Part shown: one piece after another, positions 50,801 through 59,697 of the stretch
Position numbering within the stretch: the stretch's first letter is position 1
Layout: every line of letters starts with the position of its first letter
NCBI GenBank assembly: GCA_963666215.2
Contig: CAXWPL010000001.1
Location: 256,001 to 320,000 of the forward strand
Source: Acidobacteriota bacterium
Lineage (GTDB): Bacteria; Acidobacteriota; UBA890; WLXD01
DNA length: 64,000 nucleotides
Reading direction: 5' to 3'
The notes under the pieces: generated by a model
What the model was told of the DNA's origin: nothing
The model's input: the letters and a program-made list of their open reading frames with translations, nothing else
Databases searched by the model: none
Made by a program: the position numbers and the translations under genes

Positions 50801-53800
50801 AAGCACATCCCGGAAGCCGAATGCCGGAGTCGCGGGCTCGCCAGTTCCGCCCGGCTCGCGCCCGGCTCGTTCCGCCTCGGCGACGTTCTGACGTAGCCAT
50901 TCACGCTGCGCCTCTGTAGGCGCCTCGCCGTGCTCGAGTGCGCGCACCGCCTGGCTGCCAAAAAGCGACTCGCAGTCGGCGCGCAGCGTTTTGCGCCTGC
51001 TGGCGAGGCGCATCGGTTGCGCCTCGATCTCCCGCCAAGCCTGCGACCAGCGCCAGCGCTCGATGCGCTGAACGGCGGGGCTCGCAGCCGAACCGTAGGG
51101 CGCATCATCGGCGGCTTCCAGGAATTCGGTCGACGAGCTGGCGCCAACCGACTCGAACGTATCGAGCAGCGCATGCAGGCCCACGAAATGATGTTCGCGC
51201 AGCTGCTTGCCGAGCACCTCGGCCCAAAACGGCCTGCCCTGCTCGGCGTGTCCACGGAGCTCATCGAAGCGTTCGGTGGCGTCGTCCCACAGTGTGATCG
51301 CCGCTTCGCCTGCGAGCTCGCGCTCGGACGCCAGCGAATCGTCGCGCCACGCCTCGCGCGCTTCCGCGAACGCCGCACGCGCAGCATCGAGGAGTCCGCT
51401 GAGCTGCGCGCGGCCGCTGGGCTCGAGCGTCAGCGGCGCGGCCGCGAGCGCGTCGCCGTAGGCCTCGAGCGACGCTGCCGAGCGCTCCACACAGGCCCGA
51501 ACCGCCTGCAGCGGCAGCCGGCGGGCGGCGGGCGCTTCCGATCGAGCCTGCGACGCAAGCGGGCTCCAGTTGCGAGTCCAGTGGGGTGATGTCGATGTCG
51601 ATGTCGATGTCGACAAGGAGGCAGAGTCGACGGGAACCCGCGCCTGCGGCTCCGGGCGCTGCACAAGATAGTCATGCAACATCCGCTGAGCCGGACCGTA
51701 GGTCTGGTACACCAGCCGGTGTGGGGTGGCGCGGCTCCAGTGAACGTCGCCGGTGGCACGCCAACAGGCCTCGCACTTGATGCAGTTCTCGAAGTTCACC
51801 ACCACGCCCGGCATGCCGGCGCTGTTGCGACGGACCTCGTAGACCTTCGCCGGGCACACGTTCCACAACACCGAGTCTGCGAGCTTGGCCCTCGCGCCGA
51901 TGGGCTCGGGCCACAGCACCTTGATGTGCGAGTGGTGGCCCTCTCGATAGCTGATGGTGCCGAGCCTTTCCTCGTAGCTCGTCGTGTGACGCACGGTGTC
52001 GTCGTCGAGGCGGATGCGCTCGAGGTTTTCTTCTACGAGCTGGTTGGCGAACTGGCGGCGATACGCCGACCGATCCCACTTCAGCACGCCGAACTGCACC
52101 ATCTCGACCAGCCACTGGACGACAACGGTCAGCAGTAGCCCAACTCCGAGCGCTGCTGCCGCCAGCAGATCCCAAATCGCCACCTGCGCCGCGAACAGGC
52201 GCGCTGCTGTGCGCAGCTTGTCGCCGACGTCGCGATCGTCGTTGCGATAGATCGTCGAAAACGCCTCGGCCAGGGCCGGGCCGAAGCGCCGCCAGTACCA
52301 GCCGAACAACCAGGGAACACGGCCAGCTTCTTCGTCGCCGCCCATCACCCGGAACATGGCGCGCAGTCGCGCGCCCTGTGCGTCGATCGCCTCGCTGATG
52401 CCTGTACCCGGGCGTACAGTGCCGGCGAGCGGCTCGCCGCAAGCGCTGGAGCCCACGGCCGAACGCCGGCGATCGGGAAAGAAGGCTGCCAGCGTGTTGA
52501 TGAAGGCGCTGGCGAGGTTTCTTGGCGTCACAGCGGCCCGAACCAGGCCAGCGACACCGATCGTGCGCGAAAGGTCGGCGACGTCGGCCAGAATCGGCTT
52601 GCGCTTGCGCCAGGGCAGCGCCCGCCGCAGAAGGCGCACAAGCTGCCACCATCGACGCACACCGGAGCGGTTACGGCGCGACAGCACGAACGCCGAGTTG
52701 TTGATCACGTCGAGCTGACGCTCGAAGAACATCTGCGTGCGCTCGACGTAGCCCGGCCAGTCCTTCAGATACTCGACATTGCGGTAGTAGTGGCTCGCGT
52801 GCAGCTCTTTCAGGTACGTGCGCTGCAGCGCCGCCGCTGTGTACGGCGAAGCCGCGGGATCGAGTCCCCCTCCGCCGCCACCCCGACTCCGCGGCCCGCC
52901 GTTCTCAGCGGCAATCGCCTGCACCGCGCGGGCGAAGTACAGCCCCATCGCGGTGGCCGGGCCGGTGAAGTTCGGATACGGAAAATCGAGACCGATTCCG
53001 CTCGCGGCGCCACCGATGGCCAGACCATCGTCGACCATGCGAGGGACCTCCCGAAGACCGCCACCGCGGATGATCTTGGCGCCGTAGGAGCTCACGGTCC
53101 CGCCGTCGATCAGCTTGGCGATCTCGGGCAACGCCTTGAACCACTCCATCAGCAGGTTGTGGTCGCCCTGGAAGTTCTCTTTCAGATTGTCGAGCGGCAG
53201 CACGAAGCCGAGCGAGATGCTGTCGGCGTTGGTGTACAGGAAGCCGCCCATGTTGAGGCGCGCCGTGCGGCCGTTGCGCGTGGCGTTGCGCAGCAACATC
53301 TCGTACGCCGCACCATGTCCCTCCCCTTCGCCGAGCCCGAACCGGCGATCGATCTCGTCGGCCGGGAGCGAGATCACCTCCTTCACGCCCTGCAGGAAGT
53401 GCGGCGCTCCGTGCGCCTGCTCCTCGGGAGAGACACGCTCGTAACCCTCCTGGGTCACCAGATGCGACGCATCGCCCTCGGCGAGAAAAACCACGTCGGC
53501 GTACGCCGGCCCACGCTCGGTGTGGACACCGATCACGCGTCCGCGATGACGGATCAGGCTCTGCACGGTGGTCTCGCAGGCCAGCACCACGCCATGCTCG
53601 CGCGCTACCTCGGCAAGATAGCGGTCATAAACCGGTCGCAGGACGGTGTAGCAGGAGTTGTAGACGCTGGCGCCGCGGACCGTAGCGCCGAGCAGCGTGT
53701 GCCCGTTGTAGAGAAAGGCGCCACGCTCGATGAGCCGCCGCTCGTAGGGTGCCGCCTCGACGGCCTCCCGGCCGAAAGCCTCTTCGTGCTCGAGGTTCTC

Positions 53801-53968
53801 GGTGAAGTAAACGGCGCCCGACCAGTTCTCGGCGCCCGGGAAGATGGCCGCTTCGCAGACGAGCACCGAGAAGCCAGCACGACCCAGCGCCGCCGCAGCG
53901 GTAACGCCGGCCGGACCCGCACCTATGACTATGGCGTCGAAATGATCGCCAGCAGGGGCGTTCTTCAT
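44894..53968 (-). CDS. Giant fusion: FixC-like FAD oxidoreductase + FixX-like ferredoxin + two acyl-CoA dehydrogenase modules + EtfB + EtfA (~3025 aa)
   Basis: VIGAGPAG, GAENWSG, GVKEVISL, GGFLYTN; CPAKVY...NCIKCEAC; RVQFPG...AGQIFGG; FALTEPTAGSD, NGSKMWITNG, KLGQRGSPT, IYEGTNEVQR; LLKPVP...ALALGVD...CGDRAAD; GATR, QIGQTG, VSGAPQH; no internal stop. Confidence 0.9.
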   Translation of the reverse strand: MKNAPAGDHFDAIVIGAGPAGVTAAAALGRAGFSVLVCEAAIFPGAENWSGAVYFTENLEHEEAFGREAVEAAPYERRLIERGAFLYNGHTLLGATVRGASVYNSCYTVLRPVYDRYLAEVAREHGVVLACETTVQSLIRHRGRVIGVHTERGPAYADVVFLAEGDASHLVTQEGYERVSPEEQAHGAPHFLQGVKEVISLPADEIDRRFGLGEGEGHGAAYEMLLRNATRNGRTARLNMGGFLYTNADSISLGFVLPLDNLKENFQGDHNLLMEWFKALPEIAKLIDGGTVSSYGAKIIRGGGLREVPRMVDDGLAIGGAASGIGLDFPYPNFTGPATAMGLYFARAVQAIAAENGGPRSRGGGGGGLDPAASPYTAAALQRTYLKELHASHYYRNVEYLKDWPGYVERTQMFFERQLDVINNSAFVLSRRNRSGVRRWWQLVRLLRRALPWRKRKPILADVADLSRTIGVAGLVRAAVTPRNLASAFINTLAAFFPDRRRSAVGSSACGEPLAGTVRPGTGISEAIDAQGARLRAMFRVMGGDEEAGRVPWLFGWYWRRFGPALAEAFSTIYRNDDRDVGDKLRTAARLFAAQVAIWDLLAAAALGVGLLLTVVVQWLVEMVQFGVLKWDRSAYRRQFANQLVEENLERIRLDDDTVRHTTSYEERLGTISYREGHHSHIKVLWPEPIGARAKLADSVLWNVCPAKVYEVRRNSAGMPGVVVNFENCIKCEACWRATGDVHWSRATPHRLVYQTYGPAQRMLHDYLVQRPEPQARVPVDSASLSTSTSTSTSPHWTRNWSPLASQARSEAPAARRLPLQAVRACVERSAASLEAYGDALAAAPLTLEPSGRAQLSGLLDAARAAFAEAREAWRDDSLASERELAGEAAITLWDDATERFDELRGHAEQGRPFWAEVLGKQLREHHFVGLHALLDTFESVGASSSTEFLEAADDAPYGSAASPAVQRIERWRWSQAWREIEAQPMRLASRRKTLRADCESLFGSQAVRALEHGEAPTEAQREWLRQNVAEAERAGREPGGTGEPATPAFGFRDVLLEELARADPAIAWLAASHLQALDLMNKSEGASPSLGDGGKWAACAHQGWLRVESSTVTTLHGELNFVPLALASRLVAVHDNKAYLVDLEQPGPRLEVRDVGTIGLMGAGIRQVRFDGYEVEAADVIALPSLEAGCDPRAAQQPVAGEPAADLIDVTLRDMLAIVRGAGEYLLGRARDHASGRVQFPGTFEDEAGRDTIAKFGAVKQLLAEMEAQRYLVEALTLHNPATGSRCSGAPAAKVLAAEAFGPALGSFSYNAGQIFGGTAFSEDDVIAKYYRDSSPFRFLIAHDDALRVQVGRDRLLAVEDGERLVPLSDAELWWLELGAAQPLFAITVERFREAVEIVETWAAGVDASAIARAIAAATVRGKGEVEEPLQQLVGGAVVRILGAKACLLRALWRLDAGLPAEATLEAAKLWVERLAAEVPNLPDEAALLAETVAIGEELLDQGELRAANIASAERYDVICTEDREYRSGAWLVEPFDPDHLRYVPEVLYNDPGLSSYWKELEGELRARFVEPSFEGLSYNRYLEKLHRIPQVDLDYMVERGFMRMPIPKRLGGGGALKAEYYVLCKLIGRYGDAALSLAIMANTSIGTTPVLIGMEQDLPRARAELEKVRSSPELLGDIRDGVDRLIAAMRRPNLVQLTADYTELMGMVRKRVVKSTVLKYLGGGFLRAFFAAGRAGQRRDIDGFEAHLREARDLLGDIVDGAANRLAEYPRRELAHEQFLQFISAGYISAFALTEPTAGSDSGGVKTFARLESRRVHRDDDGSLHFFVDEDGQSDRRNLVDAERLEFDYDDHRILYRYSDEADPAVIDHSDYDYDKDAPDRMRFYMHGDRRVDFTDIAQLRQVEGQLTYEFWVLNGSKMWITNGRFSHCMALYARTEPEGVTGFMVDRHAEGLVVGADEEKLGQRGSPTNELSFNNVRVPREGIIGFRGRGQVNALETLNTGRAGLAVTTHATIQEMVEDARELLLSRKSQVEGVGEADRLEHGDSDRTGPADARPLDLYWMGRVADELMATAGTTYELVGLLDNKHTESVRMESAIGKYYGSEAEHDVIDWMERLRGLEGQTHLHRIEKTRRDARVLNIYEGTNEVQRFLLLKDLVQRVLPSWDEAADAGNQAASSGVDEPPSLDDAADLVAALERAKSTLRELLVEAVRRFDQQIWANVGLQPCMFRLPEIAGLTKVIDAVLYRLSWCVRHQVEAEHRQCVERAARVFVRRALARIATLERRYRSSFEYLERNARPPELQLGYLSLEEHGTRTEGWGLMPKRLVPGPIHAPLAAPVRIAVLLKPVPMPAPRPRVDNAGFAEPMYTLSAADRAGLAEALRLKSRDAARVEVVAYAVAGTPATTLLREALALGVDRAVSIEPGETADGVGDGNGAAPFGDPAAVAHDPRFIADALAAALRLEPADLVLCGDRAADTEQGLLAPYLATLLGSSVHAQVETVGWSSGGEPSLEVSRSGWQGSALKQALPAVLGMAGDAGSELQYRLPALLRASTAEIETLSMRALVPDAESAHVIHRLRVSSLNRSNGDAVAGGLATTPEQAAAVVQRVVAQVGGGSSSEVVSPYGGRLLSFGEQPTDTDPSCIYVGEPSLGDVLWQGARPELHAAAQLADGVGLPLDLVLPIDGAEEAAAAIAGGAAAIAEPRRIYVVAADGMASFGAAGHLEWLEELWAMYRGSPQWLVGTSWMNELFSRLMASAPPGAGRRQSWSWFNVESIANDPLSAGSGAASGPNASAAGRGVQLATPIYGGAAAAAVSLPPQQREGLRVVTLGRSVQVDLGRASYAMPGSADSQVFYWSPRLDYCVADDPVATLLSRLGAGDTSIADAEVIIDFGYGAGGRDGIDQLAEPLRKLLADELGLPGVMIGATRKVTQDLELLPMDRQIGQTGFAVNPRLIIALAVSGAPQHVDYIGERATILSFNIDPAAPLMRLNEQRARPLVHPIVGDVWETVPRFIAAIRAHLSSGR

Positions 53969-54092
53969 GAAGAATGATTGCGCCGAGATTGCCCCGGACG
54001 GGGCGAATGATGAGGTCATGGTAAGGGATGCGCCGCGCACCGGCCAGACGGCCTGCTAGGCTTCAGTGCTCCCACCCACGGAGACCGGATTG

Positions 54093-55610
54093 ATGCGCAA
54101 AAACCTCGCTGTTGCCGGCGCCTTCTGTTTCGCTGCCGTCATCGCTGTCGGGATCGGAGGCGGGACGTCCCAGGGGGCGCAAACGCCAGCCCTGCTGCTC
54201 GCCAACGCGCTCATCGTCGACGGGTCGGGCAACGCTCCCTACGTGGGCGACCTGCTGATCGAGGGCGATCGTGTCACCGCGGTCGGCCCCGCCGGCAGCC
54301 TGCGCCCGCGCGGCACCTACGCCTACGAGGACCTCCATGGGCTGGCGCTGGCACCCGGCTTTGTCGACATCCACAACCACTCGACCGACCGCTTCGCGCG
54401 CGACCCCGCTGCCACCACGCAGGTGGCTCAGGGCGTGACCACCGTGATCGTCGGCGCCGACGGCGGCTCCCCCTGGCCAATCGACGACTATCTGGCCAGC
54501 GTCGAGGAGATCGCCCCGGCGATCAACGTCGGCACCATGGTCGGCCACGGGACGCTGCGCGGACGCGCCATGGGCGACGACTATCGGCGCGAGGCCACCG
54601 AGAGCGAGATCGCCATCATGGCCGAGCAGGTGGCGCGCGCTATGGAAAGCGGCGCCTTCGGCCTGTCGAGCGGGCTCGAGTACGACCCCGGCTTCTATTC
54701 CTCCACCGAAGAGCTCATCGCGCTCGCCAAGGTGGCGGCAGCGGCTGGCGGCTTCTACATGTCGCATACGCGCGACGAGGAAGAGGGCGTCATGGATTCG
54801 ATTGCGGAGGCGATCCGCATCGGCCGCGAAGGAGGACTGCCGGTGCAGATCTCGCACATCAAGATGGGCAACGCCTCGGTGTGGGACCGCGCCGGCGAGG
54901 CCCTCGATTTGATCGCCGACGCTCGCGCCGAGGGCATCGACGTCACCGCCGACCAGTATCCGTACACCGCCTGGCAGTCGGGACTCGGAATCGTCGTGAG
55001 CTCGCGCCGCTTCAGCGATCCCGTCGCGGTCGCCGAGGGCCTCGAGGCGCTCGGGGGCGCCGAGCGCCTGCAGATCGTCAGCTACAGCCCCGATCGCTCC
55101 GTCGAGGGCATGCGCCTGTCGGACATCGCCGCGCGCGAGGGACGCAGCGGCGCCGAGCAGTACATCGAGATGATGGCGCAGGGTGGCGCCGGCGTGATCG
55201 GTCATACGATGAGCGTCGAGGATGTCGCCGAGCTCATGCGCAGCCCCCACGTGATGACGGCCAGCGACGGTGGCATCGGCTCGGCACACCCGCGCGGCGC
55301 CGGCGCCTTTGCGCGGGTGCTCGCCTACTACACCCGCGAGCTCGGCCTGCTGTCGATCGAGCAGGCCGTGCGACGCGGCACCACGATGCCCGCCGACCGT
55401 CTCGGCCTCACCGACCGCGGCCGTATCGCCGTCGGCGCCGTGGCCGACCTCGTGGCCTTCGATCCCGCCACCATCGCCGACAACAGCACCTTCATCGAGC
55501 CGCTGCGGACCGCTGTCGGGGTCCACAAGACCTGGGTCGCGGGACAGGTCGTCTGGGAAGACAACGCAGGCACGCAGGCACGCCCCGGCCGAGTTCTGCG
55601 GAAACAGTGA
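54093..55610 (+). CDS. N-acyl-D-amino-acid deacylase (amidohydrolase family)
   Basis: PGFVDIHNHS, QGVTT, GLSSGLEY, SHTRDE, ISHIK, DQYPY, HPRGAGAF, DRGRIAVGAVADLV. Confidence 0.9.
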   Translation: MRKNLAVAGAFCFAAVIAVGIGGGTSQGAQTPALLLANALIVDGSGNAPYVGDLLIEGDRVTAVGPAGSLRPRGTYAYEDLHGLALAPGFVDIHNHSTDRFARDPAATTQVAQGVTTVIVGADGGSPWPIDDYLASVEEIAPAINVGTMVGHGTLRGRAMGDDYRREATESEIAIMAEQVARAMESGAFGLSSGLEYDPGFYSSTEELIALAKVAAAAGGFYMSHTRDEEEGVMDSIAEAIRIGREGGLPVQISHIKMGNASVWDRAGEALDLIADARAEGIDVTADQYPYTAWQSGLGIVVSSRRFSDPVAVAEGLEALGGAERLQIVSYSPDRSVEGMRLSDIAAREGRSGAEQYIEMMAQGGAGVIGHTMSVEDVAELMRSPHVMTASDGGIGSAHPRGAGAFARVLAYYTRELGLLSIEQAVRRGTTMPADRLGLTDRGRIAVGAVADLVAFDPATIADNSTFIEPLRTAVGVHKTWVAGQVVWEDNAGTQARPGRVLRKQ

Positions 55611-55707
55611 CGACCAGAAGCGAGCACCACCCGACGGAGCGGCACGACAGTCGGAGCACGAAACGAAGCTCCGACGGCGTGCCGATCGGCGACCTCCGAG
55701 CGCGGCG

Positions 55708-56460
55708 ATGAGCGCCGCTGGATGCGACGTCGAGAGCTTGGGGATCGTCGGCTTCGGCGCCTTTGGCAGCTTCGCCGCCGACCACCTACGCCAGCACTTC
55801 GATGTCATCGTCACCGACACCGATGATCGCGCAGCGGCCGCGCGCCAGGCCGGGCTCGGCTGGGCAGCGCTCGACGTTGTCGCCCGTTGTGATGCGGTTG
55901 TGCTTTCGGTGCCCGTCCAGGCCCTGTGCGACACGCTCGACGCCGTTGCTCCGCTGCTCAGCGCCGGCACCCTGGTGGCGGATGTGGCCTCGGTCAAGAT
56001 CGAGCCGGCTCGCTGGATGCTCGAGCGTTTGCCCGCCGAGTGCGAGATCATCGGCACCCACCCGCTCTTCGGCCCGAGGAGCGCCGTGGACGGCCTTGCG
56101 GGCCACCGCATAGCCATCTGTCCGCTGCGAACCGAGCGCACGCCGGCGATCCAGGCGTTCCTCGAGCGCCTCGGACTCGAGGTCATCGTCACCGACCCCG
56201 ACACCCACGATCGGCAGGCCGCCAAGAGCCAGGCCGTGGCCCAGTACCTGGGCCGAGCTCTCCACGACCTGCAGATCGACCAGTATCCGATTCGCACGCG
56301 TACCGCCGAGCTGTTCGCAGAGGCCGGCCGCCTCATGGCGGGCGACTCGCCCGAGCTCTTCGACGCCATCCAGCACCTCAATCCGCACGCCGCCGAGGCG
56401 CGCGCCGAGCTTCGCGAGCGCCTGGTTGCGTGGATCGGATCGCCACCCACAACCGACTGA
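55708..56460 (+). CDS. Prephenate/arogenate dehydrogenase
   Basis: GIVGFGAFG, DVASVK, GTHPLFGP, HDRQAAKSQ. Confidence 0.88.
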   Translation: MSAAGCDVESLGIVGFGAFGSFAADHLRQHFDVIVTDTDDRAAAARQAGLGWAALDVVARCDAVVLSVPVQALCDTLDAVAPLLSAGTLVADVASVKIEPARWMLERLPAECEIIGTHPLFGPRSAVDGLAGHRIAICPLRTERTPAIQAFLERLGLEVIVTDPDTHDRQAAKSQAVAQYLGRALHDLQIDQYPIRTRTAELFAEAGRLMAGDSPELFDAIQHLNPHAAEARAELRERLVAWIGSPPTTD

Positions 56461-56462
56461 GA

Positions 56463-57692
56463 ATGGTGCCGCCAGGAAGCAACTCCAACGCCACGCGAGC
56501 GCCAGCTCGGGCGCATGCCGCCAGCCAGCACGGATCCCACGAACCGACCGACAACGCGGCGGCGATCTTCTCGCAGGCCGCCGGGCTTCTGACGAGCTGG
56601 TATCACGAGCATGCGCGCGACCTGCCGTGGCGCCGGACTTCGGACCCCTACGCGATTCTGGTCTCGGAGCTGATGCTGCAGCAGACGCGCGTCGAGACCG
56701 TCGCGCCGCGGTTCGAGGAGTTCTTGGAGAGGTTCCCCGACTTCGAGGCGCTGGCCACGGCGACGGCCGAGGAGGTGCTGGCGGCCTGGTCGGGACTCGG
56801 GTACTACCGCCGCGCCCGGGCGCTGCATACGCTGGCTCAGATTGTTGTCGGCGAACATGGGGGGCGTCTCCCGGACGACCGTCAAACGCTATTGACGCTG
56901 CCCGGCATCGGGCCCTACACCGCGGCGGCGGTGAGCTCGATCGCGTTCGGTACGGCGCGCCTTTCGATCGACGGCAACGTGGCGCGGGTGGCTCGTCGGC
57001 TGCTTGACCTCGACGAGGATCCCCGAGCGGGCGCTGCTCGACGGCGGCTCGAGGAGGCGGCCAACGACGCGCTGGCGCGGTTGCCGCCGGGCACGCTCAA
57101 CCAGGCACTCATGGAGCTCGGGGCGACGGTCTGCCTACCGCGCACCCCGCATTGCCACCGGTGTCCGTGCGGGGAGATCTGCGTGGCGCGAGCCAACGGG
57201 CGCGAGCGCCACCCCTCGCCCATCAAGCGGCAGGCCGTGTACGACGTGGTGGAGGCGTCGGCGGTGATCGAGCAGGGCGGCAAGCTGCTGCTGTTCCGGG
57301 GTCAAAGGCCCGGCGTACTTCAGGAGATGTGGGAGTTCCCCACTCTCGACTCGCGGCTGGCCGACTCCTCGGCAGACCACGAGCAGCCCGGCACAGACAG
57401 CAGCGATTGCCTGCTGCGGCAGCTTCGATTGCACCTCAGAAGCCTCGGGTGGGAGCTGGTAGGTACCGAGCACCTCGGCCAGATCCGCCACGGAATCACC
57501 AACCGCCGGATTCGCTGCGAAGTGTACCGAGCGAGGCTCGAGCGGTCGACCCAGCGCTCTACAATTGGCTGGCCACAGGCGTCGGCGGAGCTCGGTCCGA
57601 GCGCCCATCGATGGCTGCCGTTACGCCAAATTGCATCGCTGCCGCTGGCAGCCTCGGCCCGCAAGACTCTGGAGCTGCTCTCGCCAAGCTGA
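56463..57692 (+). CDS. mutY: A/G-specific adenine glycosylase
   Basis: RDLPWR, VSELMLQQT, WSGLGYY, LPGIGPYTA, DGNV, CLPRTPHCHRCPC Fe-S motif, WEFP. Confidence 0.95.
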   Translation: MVPPGSNSNATRAPARAHAASQHGSHEPTDNAAAIFSQAAGLLTSWYHEHARDLPWRRTSDPYAILVSELMLQQTRVETVAPRFEEFLERFPDFEALATATAEEVLAAWSGLGYYRRARALHTLAQIVVGEHGGRLPDDRQTLLTLPGIGPYTAAAVSSIAFGTARLSIDGNVARVARRLLDLDEDPRAGAARRRLEEAANDALARLPPGTLNQALMELGATVCLPRTPHCHRCPCGEICVARANGRERHPSPIKRQAVYDVVEASAVIEQGGKLLLFRGQRPGVLQEMWEFPTLDSRLADSSADHEQPGTDSSDCLLRQLRLHLRSLGWELVGTEHLGQIRHGITNRRIRCEVYRARLERSTQRSTIGWPQASAELGPSAHRWLPLRQIASLPLAASARKTLELLSPS

Positions 57693-57935
57693 CGCATCGC
57701 GTCGCCCGCGCGCGAACAGCTCGAGACCGTGTTTCCCGGGCACTTTCTTTCGCAAGTCCGCGATTCTTCTCTGCTCGGGCCACGTCATCGCCGCGAAAGG
57801 CCTTTCTTGGCGAAGCCAGCTTTCTTGTTTCGGCCGGTCCTCGGAATGCTGTTTAATGACTTTCGAGATGCACAACTGTTTGTAAGCGATCATTATTGAC
57901 GAACTCGATCGCACAGACTCCGAGGAGACACCCCG

Positions 57936-58421
57936 ATGACCTCAACCGAAAACCGCCGCAGGTTGCGCAACTTCCTGCTCGACAAGCCGGTTCAGTACCG
58001 CTACGGGCTCTACTTCTTCCTGGTGAGCGTGATGGCAGCAGTGGTCTCCCAGGTCCTGATGCTGCGCTCGGCGGAGACCCTCGTGCTCGGCACGCTGTCG
58101 GCTGGGGGTGTTGATCCGTCAATTGTCGAGAGCTTCGGCGCCGCGCCTCTGCGGCTGCTGGGACTGCTTACTCTGGTGCTGTTGCCAGCGCTCGCGCTGG
58201 TGTCGGTCGTCCTCGCGATCTTCCTGACACACCGATTTCTGGGCCCACAGGTGGCGATCAAGCGCCATGTGGAAGAGCTGCTCGACGGCAACTACGAATC
58301 TGTGTGCCGCCTCCGCAAGCACGACGAGTTGAGCGAGATCGCCGCTGGCCTGAATCGACTGGCGGCGGCGATGCGCGATGGCGTGGTCGCCCGACCTGAA
58401 CCGGAGCAGCGCGCGGCCTAG
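57936..58421 (+). CDS. Two-TM HAMP-domain protein
   Basis: RNFLLDKPVQYRY, two TM helices, THRFLGP...LRKHDELSEIAAGLN; upstream AGGAG. Confidence 0.75.
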   Translation: MTSTENRRRLRNFLLDKPVQYRYGLYFFLVSVMAAVVSQVLMLRSAETLVLGTLSAGGVDPSIVESFGAAPLRLLGLLTLVLLPALALVSVVLAIFLTHRFLGPQVAIKRHVEELLDGNYESVCRLRKHDELSEIAAGLNRLAAAMRDGVVARPEPEQRAA

Positions 58422-58616
58422 TGGTCGACCCGCCTCGAGCTCACCGTTTCGAGCCTGGCCGCCGCTAGCCCGGTACGTCCGCGGGCCCAGCCGCAGAGGC
58501 CGAGTCTGGCCCGACATGTCGCGGTTAAGTAGCGCACGACGATCAAAGCAGTTTATTTATATGTTTTTATGAGTTCTGATAGGTGACATTAATCAGAACT
58601 ACTTCAAACCAGGAGG

Positions 58617-59299
58617 GTGGCGGTGCCTACCCAGCGCGAGCAGCTTGCAAACACCGCGTCGGACGAACGCGGCTTCGGCCTGCTGATGACGCTTCTCGTT
58701 CTCGCGACGACTGTGGCACTCGGGATCAACATGATCTCGTCGGGAGTCACCGAGCTCGAGATCTCCGGCAACTACCGCAACCGAGCCACCGCCCACTTCG
58801 CGGCTGACTCGGGAATCGAGCAAACCTACGCCGACCTCAGGAACGGCGGCAGCTGGGTGCCGCAGCTGCTCAACATGTCGACCTGGACCCTCAAGCAGCC
58901 TTTCCCGAGCAGCTTCACAGTGAACGGCTTGACCATCAACGTGGCGATCGACGGCAGTGGCAACGCGGTTGCCGACAGCTACACCGTCGGGTCTCCGCAA
59001 ACGATCAGCAGCGGCACCTTCAGCCGCACGATCTTCCTTGCGCCTACCGTCGAGTTGGGCTGGAACGACGCGACGATCGTCTTCGCTACACGCAGCACTG
59101 GTACCGCCGGCACCTTCGACGATGCGCTCCAGGTGATCAAGGCCGACCTCCGCATGCATGTCGACTCGCACGGTGTGTGGGACAACGCGATCTTCGCCGG
59201 CAGTGGGGCGGCGGGAAACGCGATCAACGGCAACGTGGCGATCCGCGGATCGATCCATATCGTGGGAGACCCGCTCAGCCCGCCGACGATCGCTTTCTC
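58617..59299 (+). pseudogene. PilX-like (type IV prepilin N-terminus) protein interrupted by an IS1595-like element
   Basis: ERG/FGLLMTLLVL prepilin signal, AHFAADSGIE; codon usage and GC change abruptly after PPTIAFS at ~59300. Confidence 0.7.
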
Positions 59300-59697
59300 G
59301 GTGATCCTGCACTTGACGAATCATAGGGCCAACGGTAGCATGGCCGGATGCTGCGGATTATCTACATTGTGGCCTCGGCTATATTCTCAGTCATCGGGAT
59401 CGCTGGCATTCCTGAAGACATCGAGGTTTGGCGAAAGTGGCTGGAACCCATAATGGCGTCCGAGTGGCATTGGTGGAATTACCTACTGATGGTCGTGGGC
59501 GCATCAGGTCTTGTCCACTCCACGTACCCGTGGCTGAAAGAAATTCCTACGATTCCGAAACGGCTCCACAAGCTTCCCAGGAAACTCGGATGGGTTTATG
59601 TCCCGAAGATGGGAAAGGAGCTAAAAGTAAGGTAATTATCCCTTGACTGTATAAGCATTTCGGGCTAAAATGGCTCCATTGATAGAGGAGATAGGTC

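Noticed and set aside
51588-51611. (GATGTC)x4 tandem repeat as a phase-variation tract
   Set aside because: Hexamer unit keeps frame; simply encodes an ST linker between domains of the giant fusion
54063-56885. 940-aa minus-strand ORF
   Set aside because: Antisense to three well-supported plus-strand genes; typical high-GC shadow ORF with no motifs
58507-58525. Sigma-54 promoter upstream of the pilX-like gene
   Set aside because: GG-to-GC spacing is off by one from the -24/-12 consensus
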